64,000 nucleotides of DNA from an uncultured Candidatus Berkelbacteria bacterium (GTDB lineage: Bacteria > Patescibacteriota > UBA1384 > UBA12157): contig CAIRFN010000006.1 in NCBI GenBank assembly GCA_903877885.1, positions 3,342-67,341 on the forward strand, written 5' to 3'. This document shows, in pieces, positions 10,741 through 20,638 of this stretch. The stretch's first letter is position 1. Each line of letters begins with the position of its first letter. Below the pieces are notes generated by a model. It ran no database searches. It saw only the letters and a program-made list of their open reading frames with translations, and had not been told where the DNA came from. A program made the translations under genes and the position numbers.

Positions 10741-11859
10741 ATGAAAATTGCTATTGTTTCCACAATTCATAATGCTATTTCACCCGCTTTTTCTGGTGGA
10801 ATTGAAGTTTTTAACGCCAGTTTACTTAAGGAATTAACTCGACGTGGTCACGATGTTACGATTTTTGCTTCTGGAGAATCTAAAGTTGAAGGTAAACTTT
10901 ATCCGGTTTGTCCTCAAGCTCTTTTCCAAAGCGGAATTGATCCAAACGAATCTCAAGGTATGAGAAAGCTGATTTATCTTGAAAACCATTATTATATTCA
11001 GACAATCGAATATATTAAAAAAAATAATTTTGATATTATTCATCACAGTCACACTTCATTTTTGCCAATGTATTTAGCTTATAAAGCCCAAATTCCTCAA
11101 ATTTTAACTATTCATATGACTGCAAATTCCAACATTACTTTAAATCAAGATTTGACAGAAATTTTTCATAATAATGGAGAAATTGGTCTAATTTCTATTT
11201 CCAAGCGTCAAGAAGAAATTCTAAATGATCTTAAGTTTTTTAAAAATGTTTATAATGGAATAAATCTGGAAAATCTTGATTATAATAAAATACCTGAAGA
11301 TTATTTTGCCTGGCTTGGTAGAATCGCGCCAAACAAAGGCACAAAAGAAGCTGTGGAAATTGCGCTCAAAGCTGATGTTAAATTGAAACTGGCTGGAGAT
11401 ATTGGTGTTGGTAAAGTTGTGACCGATTATTTTGCTCAAATAAAACCATTTTTAGAAAATAAAAAAATCGAATTTTTAGGTAAAGCAGATGCTAAATTAA
11501 GAAATAGTTTGTTAGGTGGCGCTAAAGCTTTGCTTTTTCCAATTCAATGGGAAGAGCCGTTTGGTCTGGTAATGATTGAAGCGATGGCTTGTGGTACGCC
11601 GGTGATTGCTTTTAATCTCGGTGCGGTTTCGGAAATCGTGGTTGACGGTAAAACAGGTTTTATCATTGCGCCTGGCGATCAAAATGCCATGGCTGAGGCG
11701 ATTAAAAAAATTAATAATATGCCGGAAGATGAATATCGCCAAATGCGCCAAAATTGTCGTAAACACATTGAAGATAATTTCACTATTGAAAAAATGGTAA
11801 ATAATTACGAACAAGTTTATAAAGAGATTCTAATTGACTGGTCAAATAAAACTTTGTAG
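10741..11859 (+). CDS. GT4 family glycosyltransferase
   Basis: Start moved to ATG 10741 (AGGAGG RBS); GRIAPNKG, EEPFGLVMIEAMACGTPV. Confidence 0.92.
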   Translation: MKIAIVSTIHNAISPAFSGGIEVFNASLLKELTRRGHDVTIFASGESKVEGKLYPVCPQALFQSGIDPNESQGMRKLIYLENHYYIQTIEYIKKNNFDIIHHSHTSFLPMYLAYKAQIPQILTIHMTANSNITLNQDLTEIFHNNGEIGLISISKRQEEILNDLKFFKNVYNGINLENLDYNKIPEDYFAWLGRIAPNKGTKEAVEIALKADVKLKLAGDIGVGKVVTDYFAQIKPFLENKKIEFLGKADAKLRNSLLGGAKALLFPIQWEEPFGLVMIEAMACGTPVIAFNLGAVSEIVVDGKTGFIIAPGDQNAMAEAIKKINNMPEDEYRQMRQNCRKHIEDNFTIEKMVNNYEQVYKEILIDWSNKTL

Positions 11860-11883
11860 AATATACTGAATAAAGGAGGCTAA

Positions 11884-13383
11884 ATGAAAAAAGACAATTA
11901 CAAAGAAAAACTTCGCGTTCTCCATATTACTTCGGAACTAACTCCGATTGCTAAAGCTGGTGGCTTGGGCGATGTCGTTGGTCAGCTTCCAAAAGAAATG
12001 GCTCGCCAATTTCATATCGAAATTCGGATTATTATGCCGAAGTATAAATTTTTAGATTTGGAAAAATATCCGGCGGAAAAGATCATTACCGATTTAAAAA
12101 TCGCTAGTCCTACCGGCGGTTGGTGGAAAATTTCGGTTTGGAAAACACTTATTCCGGAAACAATTATTCCAGTCTATTTGATTGAAAATAACGAAGTTTT
12201 CAATGCCGATGATATTTATAAACACAAGCCAACGAAAATTTCCAGTCATCCTTTTTTCTTTTTATCGACTGTAGCTTTAGAGTTCATAAAAATTATCGAC
12301 TGGCAACCAAATATTATTCATTGCCATGACGGTATGATGGGTTTGGTACCAAAACTTTTAAAAACTGTTTACAAAGATGATCTATTCTATCAGAAAATCG
12401 CCAGTGTTTTAACGATCCATAATTTACAATTTCAGCCATGGTTTCAATTTAGCGAAGCGAAAAGTGTTGGTCTAAAGCAATCAGATTTTAAACCCACTTC
12501 AAAATTTTTAAAACTTAAAGTGGCTAATGTTATGGCCGAAGCGATTGCTAATGCTGATATGATCAACACAGTTAGTTTGACCTATGCTAAAGAAGTTTTG
12601 ACTAAAAAGTATGGTGCCAGTTTGGATAAATTGCTACGAACTAAGAAAAAGCAATTTACCGGTATCTTAAACGGAGTTGATTATTCTCATTTTGATCCAC
12701 GGACAAACCCTGATGTTCCAGTTAAATATTGGCTTGATTCGCTGGATAAAAAAACAGAAAATAAATTATATTTACAAAAAAAATTAGGTTTAATTCAATC
12801 AGCGAGCATTCCGCTAATCTGCGTAATCAGCCGCTTAACTGATCAAAAAGGTGTTGGTTTAATCGAAGAGGTTTTAAAAAATTTGGTTAATATGGGGGCA
12901 CAGTTTGTGATTTTGGGTAGCGGCGGCAAGTCGGTAGAAAAGATTTTTGTTAAAGCAGAAAAAGATTATCCAAAAGAAATTGCGGCTGAAATTGGTTTTG
13001 ATGCCGATTTTGCTCAAACTATTTATGCTGGTGCTGATATGATTTTAATGCCAAGTCAATTTGAGCCATGCGGATTATCGCAAATTATTGCCATGCGTTT
13101 TGGTACAATTCCGATTGTGCGAAAAACTGGCGGATTGGCTGACACGGTTCGCGATGGCTACACCGGTTTTGTTTTTAAACATTACGATAAAAATGCATTT
13201 TTATGGGCGATTAGCCGGGCAGTTGATGTTTATTATAAACAAAAAGATTATTGGAAAAAGATGCAAATCATGGGTATGAAAAAAGATTTCTCTTGGAAAA
13301 ATTCTGCCAAAAAATATATTTGGTTATATAAAAAAGCAATTAGAAATAAGAAAAAATATCTCGAAGGATTAAATGACAAATAA
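11884..13383 (+). CDS. glgA: Glycogen/starch synthase
   Basis: KAGGLGDV, HCHD, TIHN, GILNGVD, PSQFEPCGLSQ, TGGLADTV. Confidence 0.95.
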   Translation: MKKDNYKEKLRVLHITSELTPIAKAGGLGDVVGQLPKEMARQFHIEIRIIMPKYKFLDLEKYPAEKIITDLKIASPTGGWWKISVWKTLIPETIIPVYLIENNEVFNADDIYKHKPTKISSHPFFFLSTVALEFIKIIDWQPNIIHCHDGMMGLVPKLLKTVYKDDLFYQKIASVLTIHNLQFQPWFQFSEAKSVGLKQSDFKPTSKFLKLKVANVMAEAIANADMINTVSLTYAKEVLTKKYGASLDKLLRTKKKQFTGILNGVDYSHFDPRTNPDVPVKYWLDSLDKKTENKLYLQKKLGLIQSASIPLICVISRLTDQKGVGLIEEVLKNLVNMGAQFVILGSGGKSVEKIFVKAEKDYPKEIAAEIGFDADFAQTIYAGADMILMPSQFEPCGLSQIIAMRFGTIPIVRKTGGLADTVRDGYTGFVFKHYDKNAFLWAISRAVDVYYKQKDYWKKMQIMGMKKDFSWKNSAKKYIWLYKKAIRNKKKYLEGLNDK

Positions 13384-14335
13384 ATTACCACAAACCCTTG
13401 ATTTTTTATTAGATAAAAATTGGATCGAAGATTTTTTTAATCAAAATGTTGAAAAAATAATCGGTCGTCAAGCAGAAATTACAGTTAAAGAAGTGAAACG
13501 TTCAAAATCATATGCGCCGGAATCTTTCGCCATGTATTATTCCGTTTTAGTTAACGCTCAAGAAACTTTCTGGCGTGTGTCTGCTTCAACTAAGCAAGAT
13601 CGTTTTTTGCCATTTCAGGCGATGAGTTTTGTTTATAAAAATGGTTTTAACGAAGGCGATATTAGAACGCCACAACCATATTATTTCTTTTCCAAATATA
13701 ATTTTTACATTTATCAAGATGTTTCTGGCCACATGTTAACAAGTTTTTTAAAACAAAAAGATCAAGAATTGGAAAAGAAAATGTTCAAAGCTGGGGAAGT
13801 TTTAAAAAAATTTCATCTTTTACCAACACCGGATTTTGCCCTTTCAAAATTGCAATGGGATTTTCAAAAAGAAAAAATTTTAGAATACGCGCCAGAAATT
13901 AAACAAATTTTTGAAGAACCGTTAACTAAAGCTTTAGAAAAAATTACCATTAACGGTAAGAAATTATGCCATGGTGATTATCAAACCGAAAATTTAATTT
14001 TTGGTCATTTAACTTATCTTATCGATTTTGGTTCGGTTGTCACGGCTCACAAAGAAGCGGATATCGCTAGTTTCATCAGTCAACTAGCCGTGATGCTAAA
14101 ACGTTTTGGTGATATCAATGATTTTGATAATTTATCAAAATCATTTTTTGACGGCTATGGCGCAGATTTTGAAAACGAATTTTTCGAGTCTTATTGTTTT
14201 CTTTATCGATTACAGATTCTACAAGCCTTAATTATTATGTATGAGGTTGACCCAACGGTGGACAAGGAAGAGATTAAGCAAACTATAGAATTTTTATATA
14301 ATAAAATTAAACTCGATAATGAACCTCGAAACTAA
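13373..14335 (+). CDS. APH/choline-kinase-like phosphotransferase
   Basis: LCHGDYQTENL and IDFG motifs. Confidence 0.8.
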   Translation: MTNKLPQTLDFLLDKNWIEDFFNQNVEKIIGRQAEITVKEVKRSKSYAPESFAMYYSVLVNAQETFWRVSASTKQDRFLPFQAMSFVYKNGFNEGDIRTPQPYYFFSKYNFYIYQDVSGHMLTSFLKQKDQELEKKMFKAGEVLKKFHLLPTPDFALSKLQWDFQKEKILEYAPEIKQIFEEPLTKALEKITINGKKLCHGDYQTENLIFGHLTYLIDFGSVVTAHKEADIASFISQLAVMLKRFGDINDFDNLSKSFFDGYGADFENEFFESYCFLYRLQILQALIIMYEVDPTVDKEEIKQTIEFLYNKIKLDNEPRN

Positions 14336-16370
14336 AGTTCAACTTTTAACTGGCGTTGGGCCAAAGACGGTACAAAAATTAGAAAGGTTGGGGATTAATT
14401 CGGTCCGCGACCTTCTTTTTAATTGGCCACGCACGTGGCAGGATTTTAGTTCACCACGCGATATTTCAAGTTTAAGAATTAATGATGAAGCAATTATTAA
14501 AGCAAAAATAAAATCTGTTAAAGAAATTAGAACCAGAAATCGCTGGATGAGTATTATCGAAGCCAATTTGGTTGACGATAAAAATTATGAAATTAAAGCG
14601 ATTTGGTTTAATCAAACTTTTTTAAAAAGTGTTTTACGTGTTGATGATGAATGGCTGTTTTTAGGTAAAATTGGTTGGGATTTTAAAGCTAAACAAAAAA
14701 CTTTAGCCGTCAGTCAAATGGAAAAAGAAGCAGTTATTCTACCAGTTTATTCTGAAACTCCCGGCATAACCAGCAAATTTTTACGCAAATTAATCAAACC
14801 GATTTTAAGCGAAATCGATGCCATAATCGACGATTATTTGCCAGACGAAATCAGAGGATTTTTACTAGACTTACGAACAACGCTTAAGTACATTCATTTT
14901 CCTAACTCCAATGAAAGTTTGGCTAAAGCTAAAAATCGACTCGCTTTTGACGAATTATTTTTAATTGCTCTAAGATTTCTAACCATCAAAAAAGAATTGC
15001 AACAAAATGTGGCGCCGCCGATGCAAATCGATGAAAAAGTTTTGCAAAATTTTACTAAAAAATTGCCATTTAAATTAACTGATGCTCAACGAAAAGTTGC
15101 TTGGGAAATAATTCAGGATTTGGCTAAAAATGTGCCAATGAACCGATTACTGGAAGGCGATGTTGGTTCCGGAAAAACCGTGGTGGCTGCCATGGCTGTG
15201 CTCGTCGCTGCTAAAAATAATTTACAAACAGTCTGGCTTGCGCCAACTGAAATTTTAGCCAATCAACATTATCAAAATATAAAACCGTTGATACACCTCG
15301 TAGGTGTATCAACTGGTTTGTATACCTCGGCCAATAAAATTGCCGATACCCAAAAAGATGATTTAATTATTGGAACACATGCGGTTTTGCAAAAAAATGT
15401 TTCTTTCCCAAATTTGGGCTTAATTATTATTGATGAACAACATCGATTTGGCGTCAAGCAACGCGCTCATCTTCGAAAACCCATACTAACTTCCACCTTT
15501 AGGCAAGCGGTTAGTATGGAAAAAGTTACAATCCCGCATTTACTTAGTATGACAGCCACGCCAATTCCGCGAACACTGGCTTTGGCACTCTATGGCGATT
15601 TAGATCTTTCGATTATCGATCAAATGCCGGCTGGACGACAAACAATTATTACTAAAATTATTAATGAAAAGAATCGCCAAAAAACCTACGATTTTATACG
15701 ATCGGAAATTAAAAATGGTCGCCAAGCTTTTGTTATTTGTCCTTTAATCGAAACTGGCGAAGTAACTACTGGAAAATTATTTGATACCGATCGCAAATCA
15801 GTCATGGAAGAATATAAAAAATTATCAGAACAGATTTTTCCAGAATTTAAGATTGGATTCTTGCATGGCAAAATGAAATCAAAAGAAAAAGAAGCGGTGA
15901 TGAACTCGTTTCACGAACGTGAGCTAAGTATCTTAGTTTCGACTGCCGTGGTGGAAGTGGGGATTGATGTTCCCAATGCCACTGTCATGATGATTGAAAG
16001 CGCTGATCGATTTGGATTAGCACAACTGCATCAATTTCGCGGCCGGGTCGGCCGCGGTAAACATCAATCGTATTGTTTTTTATTAAGCGATTTACGAAGC
16101 GAAAAGTCTGCACAAAGGCTAAAAGCAATGGAAGATTGTTTTGATGGTTTTAAATTAGCCCAAATTGATTTAGAATTAAGAGGCTCGGGCGAAGTAGTCG
16201 GGCTCAAACAATCTGGGCTTGATAATTTAAAAATGGCATCACTTTCCGACACGATTTTAATCGGTGAGGCCCGCGCTGCGGCGCAAAAAATTGTCGAAGA
16301 CGGCATTGAAAAATATCCTTTACTTTGCGCTAAATTAAAAGAGTTTGAAATAGAAAAACATTTGGAATGA
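14319..16370 (+). CDS. recG: ATP-dependent DNA helicase RecG
   Basis: GDVGSGKT, DEQHRFGV, MTATPIPRTL, QLHQFRGRVGR. Confidence 0.97.
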   Translation: MNLETKVQLLTGVGPKTVQKLERLGINSVRDLLFNWPRTWQDFSSPRDISSLRINDEAIIKAKIKSVKEIRTRNRWMSIIEANLVDDKNYEIKAIWFNQTFLKSVLRVDDEWLFLGKIGWDFKAKQKTLAVSQMEKEAVILPVYSETPGITSKFLRKLIKPILSEIDAIIDDYLPDEIRGFLLDLRTTLKYIHFPNSNESLAKAKNRLAFDELFLIALRFLTIKKELQQNVAPPMQIDEKVLQNFTKKLPFKLTDAQRKVAWEIIQDLAKNVPMNRLLEGDVGSGKTVVAAMAVLVAAKNNLQTVWLAPTEILANQHYQNIKPLIHLVGVSTGLYTSANKIADTQKDDLIIGTHAVLQKNVSFPNLGLIIIDEQHRFGVKQRAHLRKPILTSTFRQAVSMEKVTIPHLLSMTATPIPRTLALALYGDLDLSIIDQMPAGRQTIITKIINEKNRQKTYDFIRSEIKNGRQAFVICPLIETGEVTTGKLFDTDRKSVMEEYKKLSEQIFPEFKIGFLHGKMKSKEKEAVMNSFHERELSILVSTAVVEVGIDVPNATVMMIESADRFGLAQLHQFRGRVGRGKHQSYCFLLSDLRSEKSAQRLKAMEDCFDGFKLAQIDLELRGSGEVVGLKQSGLDNLKMASLSDTILIGEARAAAQKIVEDGIEKYPLLCAKLKEFEIEKHLE

Positions 16371-16807
16371 TGGAAAATTTTGACGAAATAATTTATAAAT
16401 ATCGATTTATTATTGGCGGCGCGCTGATTGTTATAATTTTGATCGGTTCTGGCGTAATTTTCTTTAACTACTATAATCAAAATCAGCAAAAAAAAGAAAA
16501 CCAAAAATTGGCTAATTTAAAACAAGAAAATGATCAGTTGCGTCAGGAGCTTTCCGCTCAAAACACTAAACAAGTCGCTGGTGTGCAGACGATTAATCAA
16601 AATCAAGGCAGTAAAATTAATTTAAATACAGCCACAGCCGAAGAATTAGATAAAATTCCGGGAGTGGGTCCAGCTCGCGCTAAAGCGATTTTAGATTATC
16701 GCAGTGAACACGGCAGTTTTAAAACCATCGAAGAAATCAAAAACATCAAAGGTATCGGCGATAAAAGTTTTGAAAATATTAAAGATTTAATAACGGTAGG
16801 AGAATAA
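16367..16807 (+). CDS. comEA: ComEA DNA-uptake protein (HhH)
   Basis: N-terminal TM; KINLNTATAEELDKIPGVG...IKGIG helix-hairpin-helix repeats. Confidence 0.9.
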   Translation: MMENFDEIIYKYRFIIGGALIVIILIGSGVIFFNYYNQNQQKKENQKLANLKQENDQLRQELSAQNTKQVAGVQTINQNQGSKINLNTATAEELDKIPGVGPARAKAILDYRSEHGSFKTIEEIKNIKGIGDKSFENIKDLITVGE

Positions 16808-17398
16808 ATGGAAGAGCAATTAAGATCAATAGAGCAAGAAAAAATTAAAACAATTGGAGATGTAGAAAAAATTGGTTCGAGTGGCGCATTAATAAAAAAC
16901 ACAGAACAAATAAAAGAATTAGTTGAAGAGCCTTTAATCCTTGCTTGCCAAATTTTGTATGATAAAAATATCCAAACAGTGGCAAGTAACGCTAATTGCG
17001 AAGGTGAGCAAGGCGAGGCTAGTATTGGAATTGATTGGAATAGTTTATCGGAACAAAACCGTAAAATTGCTGAAAGTCTTGGGCTAACTCCGATTCAGAA
17101 TGAATTTGGTCAAACAATTTCTTTTACAATGCCAATTACAAAAAATACAGTTCTGGAACAAGTGGAAGATTATTTTTCAAAACTTGCTCAAATGTTTGTT
17201 CTGCAAGAACCCTCATGGATACCAAGATATTCGATTGACGATCTTAAAACTATTTATGGCTATCCAGAAAATGAAGAGGCTGAGCCAAGTGAATTTGTTG
17301 AATCAGGCTATTTTTACGATGATGTGTTAAAAACGTTTTATGAAAGCGAAGACCATTATCGAAAAATAAATGAATGGCAGAAATCGGAGAATAAATGA
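16808..17398 (+). CDS. Hypothetical protein
   Basis: 196-aa ORF in operon context. Confidence 0.65.
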   Translation: MEEQLRSIEQEKIKTIGDVEKIGSSGALIKNTEQIKELVEEPLILACQILYDKNIQTVASNANCEGEQGEASIGIDWNSLSEQNRKIAESLGLTPIQNEFGQTISFTMPITKNTVLEQVEDYFSKLAQMFVLQEPSWIPRYSIDDLKTIYGYPENEEAEPSEFVESGYFYDDVLKTFYESEDHYRKINEWQKSENK

Positions 17399-18129
17399 CA
17401 ATTGAAGAATTTGCCAAAATAAATAATGTTCCAGTTTTAAATAGCCATTCGGTTTTTCCAGATTTTTATGTCACACATGCTTTGGTTGACGAGAAAGCAC
17501 TTGATGAAGATTTTTTGTTATGTTCAGACTTACTAACAGATAAACAATTTTCTTTGAAAATTGATGAATATTTAAACACAACCAAATATGTCTTTCTTGC
17601 TTTAGGCAAAGGTTATTTAAAAACAAAAGATTCTATTGGTCTTATTTACGATCCTTTTGAACTTTCTAAAATAAAAGGTGCTAATATTGTAATGCAAGAT
17701 TTATTATACGAATTAGAAAAAACAGACATCTTGGCAAGTTTTTGTTTAAAAAATAAAAAAGAAATTGAGGAAATAATTTCTGCTGATGACGCACAAATAT
17801 TATTTTATTCAATCGAGCATAAAGAAAGTTTGCTAATTTTTAGTGACAAAACTTCTTTACAATACAGAGCCACGATTATTTTCGATCGCTTGCTAAAATC
17901 TATGTCAGAAAATTTAGAGCAGGAATTAAAACAAGCTATTAAAACTGAAATCAGCGATAAATTTACGATTTTTAATGATTTAGAAAGTAAAATCAAAGAA
18001 ATCTTTTCGACTGAAAAAAGTTTTATTAATTTATTTTTTGATCAAACTTCAGAAGAAAGAATGTTCGAGCTTCGAGTTCCTGAAAAACATGAAATTATAA
18101 AAGGCCTAATTGCTGTTTACAGAAGTTGA
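17395..18129 (+). CDS. Hypothetical protein
   Basis: 244-aa ORF with ATGA overlap to the previous gene. Confidence 0.65.
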   Translation: MTIEEFAKINNVPVLNSHSVFPDFYVTHALVDEKALDEDFLLCSDLLTDKQFSLKIDEYLNTTKYVFLALGKGYLKTKDSIGLIYDPFELSKIKGANIVMQDLLYELEKTDILASFCLKNKKEIEEIISADDAQILFYSIEHKESLLIFSDKTSLQYRATIIFDRLLKSMSENLEQELKQAIKTEISDKFTIFNDLESKIKEIFSTEKSFINLFFDQTSEERMFELRVPEKHEIIKGLIAVYRS

Positions 18130-18220
18130 ATTAAAAGTAATTTTCAGGTATAATAATCAAAGGATGTAAATAATTTTTAAAATTCATGATTCATACTTCT
18201 TGATTCATGATTCAATTTTA

Positions 18221-18307
18221 GCCCGGGTGGAGAAATTGGTAAACTCGTATGATTTAGGATCATATGCTGTAAAAAGCTTGGAGGTTCAAGTCCTCTCCCG
18301 GGCACCA
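18221..18307 (+). tRNA. tRNA-Leu(TAG)
   Basis: Acceptor GCCCGGG/CCCGGGC, anticodon arm TATGA-TTTAGGA-TCATA, long variable arm, GGTTCAAG, CCA. Confidence 0.95.
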
Positions 18308-18333
18308 AATTAGAAATGAAGTATTGAGAAATT

Positions 18334-18504
18334 ATGAACGATAATAATGACTTAGATGAATTGGAAGACGAGCTAAAGCAAGAAGAAGCCGAAGAAGATT
18401 TGACTGGACATAAAGTTTCGGGTCATTCGGTTTTTGAACTTGAACGAATTATTAAAGAAAAATCTAAAGATAAAGCTGACAAAGAACTCGAAGATAAAAA
18501 TTAA
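18334..18504 (+). CDS. Small acidic hypothetical protein (56 aa)
   Basis: Manual ORF MNDNNDLDELEDELKQEE...KN*, below the track cutoff; fills the gap before miaA. Confidence 0.5.
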   Translation: MNDNNDLDELEDELKQEEAEEDLTGHKVSGHSVFELERIIKEKSKDKADKELEDKN

Positions 18505-18517
18505 GAATATTCAAGTT

Positions 18518-19432
18518 ATGCCTAAAATTAATGAACTCGATAAAAAAGTTTTGGCCATTGTTGGTCCGACTGGTTCAGGTAAAACCGCCTGGGCTAGAGT
18601 TTTGGCACAAAAATTTGACGGTAAATTAATTTCGGTCGATTCTCGACAAATTTACAAAGGTATGGATATTGGCACAGCCAAAGACACAAGTTTTCCTCAA
18701 GACTTAATTGATATTGTTGATCCAAGTTATAATTTTACTTTGGCTGATTTTCAAAAAACCGCTACCGAACTAATCGAGCAATATTTAGCGAGTAAAAATC
18801 TACCGATTTTGGTCGGTGGCACTGGTTTGTATTTGGATTCGATTGTGTTTGGTTATGTTCTGCCTGACTTACAAAAAGAAAGTTTAAAGCTGCGCGAGGA
18901 ATTAGAAAAATTATCAGCCGAAGAAATTTTAGCAAAATTAAAAACCGTTGATCCTGAATCGGCCGCCACGATCGATCCGCAAAATGTTCGTCGATTAATC
19001 CGCGCGCTTGAGGTTAGTTTACTTAGCTCACGTTCGTTTAGTAAGCAAAAAAGAAAAACTAAATCTAAATTTAATACTTTGGTGATTGGTATCGATATTC
19101 CAAGAGAAACTTTGTATGCCAAAATCGACGCTCGGGTGGAAAAAATGATTAAAGATGGTTTGGTTGAAGAAGTGCGAAACTTAATTAAAAAATATCCTAC
19201 TGATTTGCCGGCTCTTAATACGATCGGTTATAGAGAAATAATCGATTATTTAAAAAATCGCCAAACTTTACCAGAGGCAATTCAACAAATCAAATATCAT
19301 ACTCACGCTTATGTTCGTCGTCAAATGACCTGGTTTCGTCGCAATGAAAGTATCAAATGGGTTAAAACCATTGCCGAAGCCGAAAAATTGGTTAAAAACT
19401 TTCTTGTTCGTCAAACTACTCTTGACATTTGA
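18518..19432 (+). CDS. miaA: tRNA dimethylallyltransferase
   Basis: GPTGSGKT, DSRQIYKGMDIGTAK, VGGTGLY, RRQMTWFR; start moved to ATG 18518. Confidence 0.96.
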   Translation: MPKINELDKKVLAIVGPTGSGKTAWARVLAQKFDGKLISVDSRQIYKGMDIGTAKDTSFPQDLIDIVDPSYNFTLADFQKTATELIEQYLASKNLPILVGGTGLYLDSIVFGYVLPDLQKESLKLREELEKLSAEEILAKLKTVDPESAATIDPQNVRRLIRALEVSLLSSRSFSKQKRKTKSKFNTLVIGIDIPRETLYAKIDARVEKMIKDGLVEEVRNLIKKYPTDLPALNTIGYREIIDYLKNRQTLPEAIQQIKYHTHAYVRRQMTWFRRNESIKWVKTIAEAEKLVKNFLVRQTTLDI

Positions 19433-19501
19433 CTGAAAATCTGTCATACTTTCCATATCCTATTCATTCGCAGCAAGGTCGCTGCAAAAGGAGTTACAGT
19501 T

Positions 19502-19792
19502 ATGGAAGTTTTACGTGTTTCGGCAAAGTCCAATCCGAATTCGGTAGCTGGTGTCCTCGCTGGTGTGATCCGTGAACAAGGCGCCGCCGAATTACAGACC
19601 ATCGGTGCCGGTGCTTTAAACCAAGCGGTTAAAGCTCTGGCTATCGCCCGTGGCTTTATGGCTCCGAGCGGTGTCGACCTGATTTGCCGGCCAGCCTTCA
19701 CGGACTTGTTGGTTGATGGCGCCGAGCGCACCGCCATTCGTCTGATGGTCGAACCCGCGCCCGAGAAGTTGCGCGGACCGCTCGCTCTTTGA
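19502..19792 (+). CDS. spoVS: SpoVS family protein
   Basis: MEVLRVSAKSNPNSVAG...IGAGALNQAVKALAIARGF. Confidence 0.93.
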   Translation: MEVLRVSAKSNPNSVAGVLAGVIREQGAAELQTIGAGALNQAVKALAIARGFMAPSGVDLICRPAFTDLLVDGAERTAIRLMVEPAPEKLRGPLAL

Positions 19793-19800
19793 CCTCGTTT

Positions 19801-19845
19801 GCCAGGCAGTCGTATCGAAAGATATAATGACTGCCTGGCTTTTTT
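19801..19845 (+). terminator. Intrinsic terminator after spoVS
   Basis: GCCAGGCAGTC...GACTGCCTGGC stem followed by a T run. Confidence 0.75.
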
Positions 19846-19885
19846 AAAATTTGAATTTTCGTTACAAAAGGCGCAAAATAAATAT

Positions 19886-20638
19886 ATGCGCTATTCTCAC
19901 ATTTTACACAAAAGTCGGGGTAAGCATACTCTTTTTAACTGGCAATCAATTTTGACTGTTTTTTTGATTTTAGCGGTTTTTACAACCGTAGTATCGTTAT
20001 CAGGAACGATTCATTTAGATAAAATCGCTTTTGTCGGCGGTCTGATTGCTAGTTTAAGCCGGGTTGTCATCGCCTATATGATTGCTTTTGTTTTGGCGAT
20101 TCTTATCGCTCTAATTGTTGTTTCCAATAAAACCGTCGAAGCCTTACTACTACCAGTCTTTGATGTTTTACAGAGTTTCCCAAGTTTTATTTTGTTTCCG
20201 GTTTTAGTTGTGGCTTTAAATAATCAGCCAAACACGGTGATTGTTTTTGTGCTAGTCATCACCATGATTTGGCCTTTGCTGTTTGCGATTATCTCTGGCA
20301 TTAAAGGGCGTCGAAATGATTTGGAAGAGGCGGCAACAGTCTTTGGCGCGGTGGGATTAAAAAGATTTTATGAATTTACTTTGCCAATGTTAATGCCATC
20401 GATTATTACCGGTTCGATTGTAAGTTGGGGCGAAGGTTGGGAATTTATCATTGGTGCAGAACTTTTGGTTCATACTAATTTTGGTGTTGGCCAATATTTA
20501 GGATTTCTGGCTGACTCCAAACAAAATCAACCTTTAGTCTTTGGGATTATTTTACTTTTATTCTTCTTATTCATCTTAAATAAATTAATCTGGTTACCGC
20601 TTTTACATGCCAGCACAGAATATCAGGCGGACGCATGA
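19886..20638 (+). CDS. ABC permease, NitT/TauT family
   Basis: TM segments, LEEAATVFG (EAA motif), IGAELL; start moved to ATG 19886. Confidence 0.88.
   Translation: MRYSHILHKSRGKHTLFNWQSILTVFLILAVFTTVVSLSGTIHLDKIAFVGGLIASLSRVVIAYMIAFVLAILIALIVVSNKTVEALLLPVFDVLQSFPSFILFPVLVVALNNQPNTVIVFVLVITMIWPLLFAIISGIKGRRNDLEEAATVFGAVGLKRFYEFTLPMLMPSIITGSIVSWGEGWEFIIGAELLVHTNFGVGQYLGFLADSKQNQPLVFGIILLLFFLFILNKLIWLPLLHASTEYQADA

Noticed and set aside
18181-18215. Degenerate heptamer-like repeats (also ~7295-7365)
   Set aside because: Low-complexity AT-rich intergenic sequence; too degenerate to assign a function.
18300-18309. GGGCACCAAA as an alternative att site
   Set aside because: It is the natural 3' end of tRNA-Leu(TAG), and the interval to 34115 holds core genes.
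19502-19792. spoVS as evidence of sporulation
   Set aside because: SpoVS homologs occur in non-sporulating bacteria and no other sporulation genes are present.
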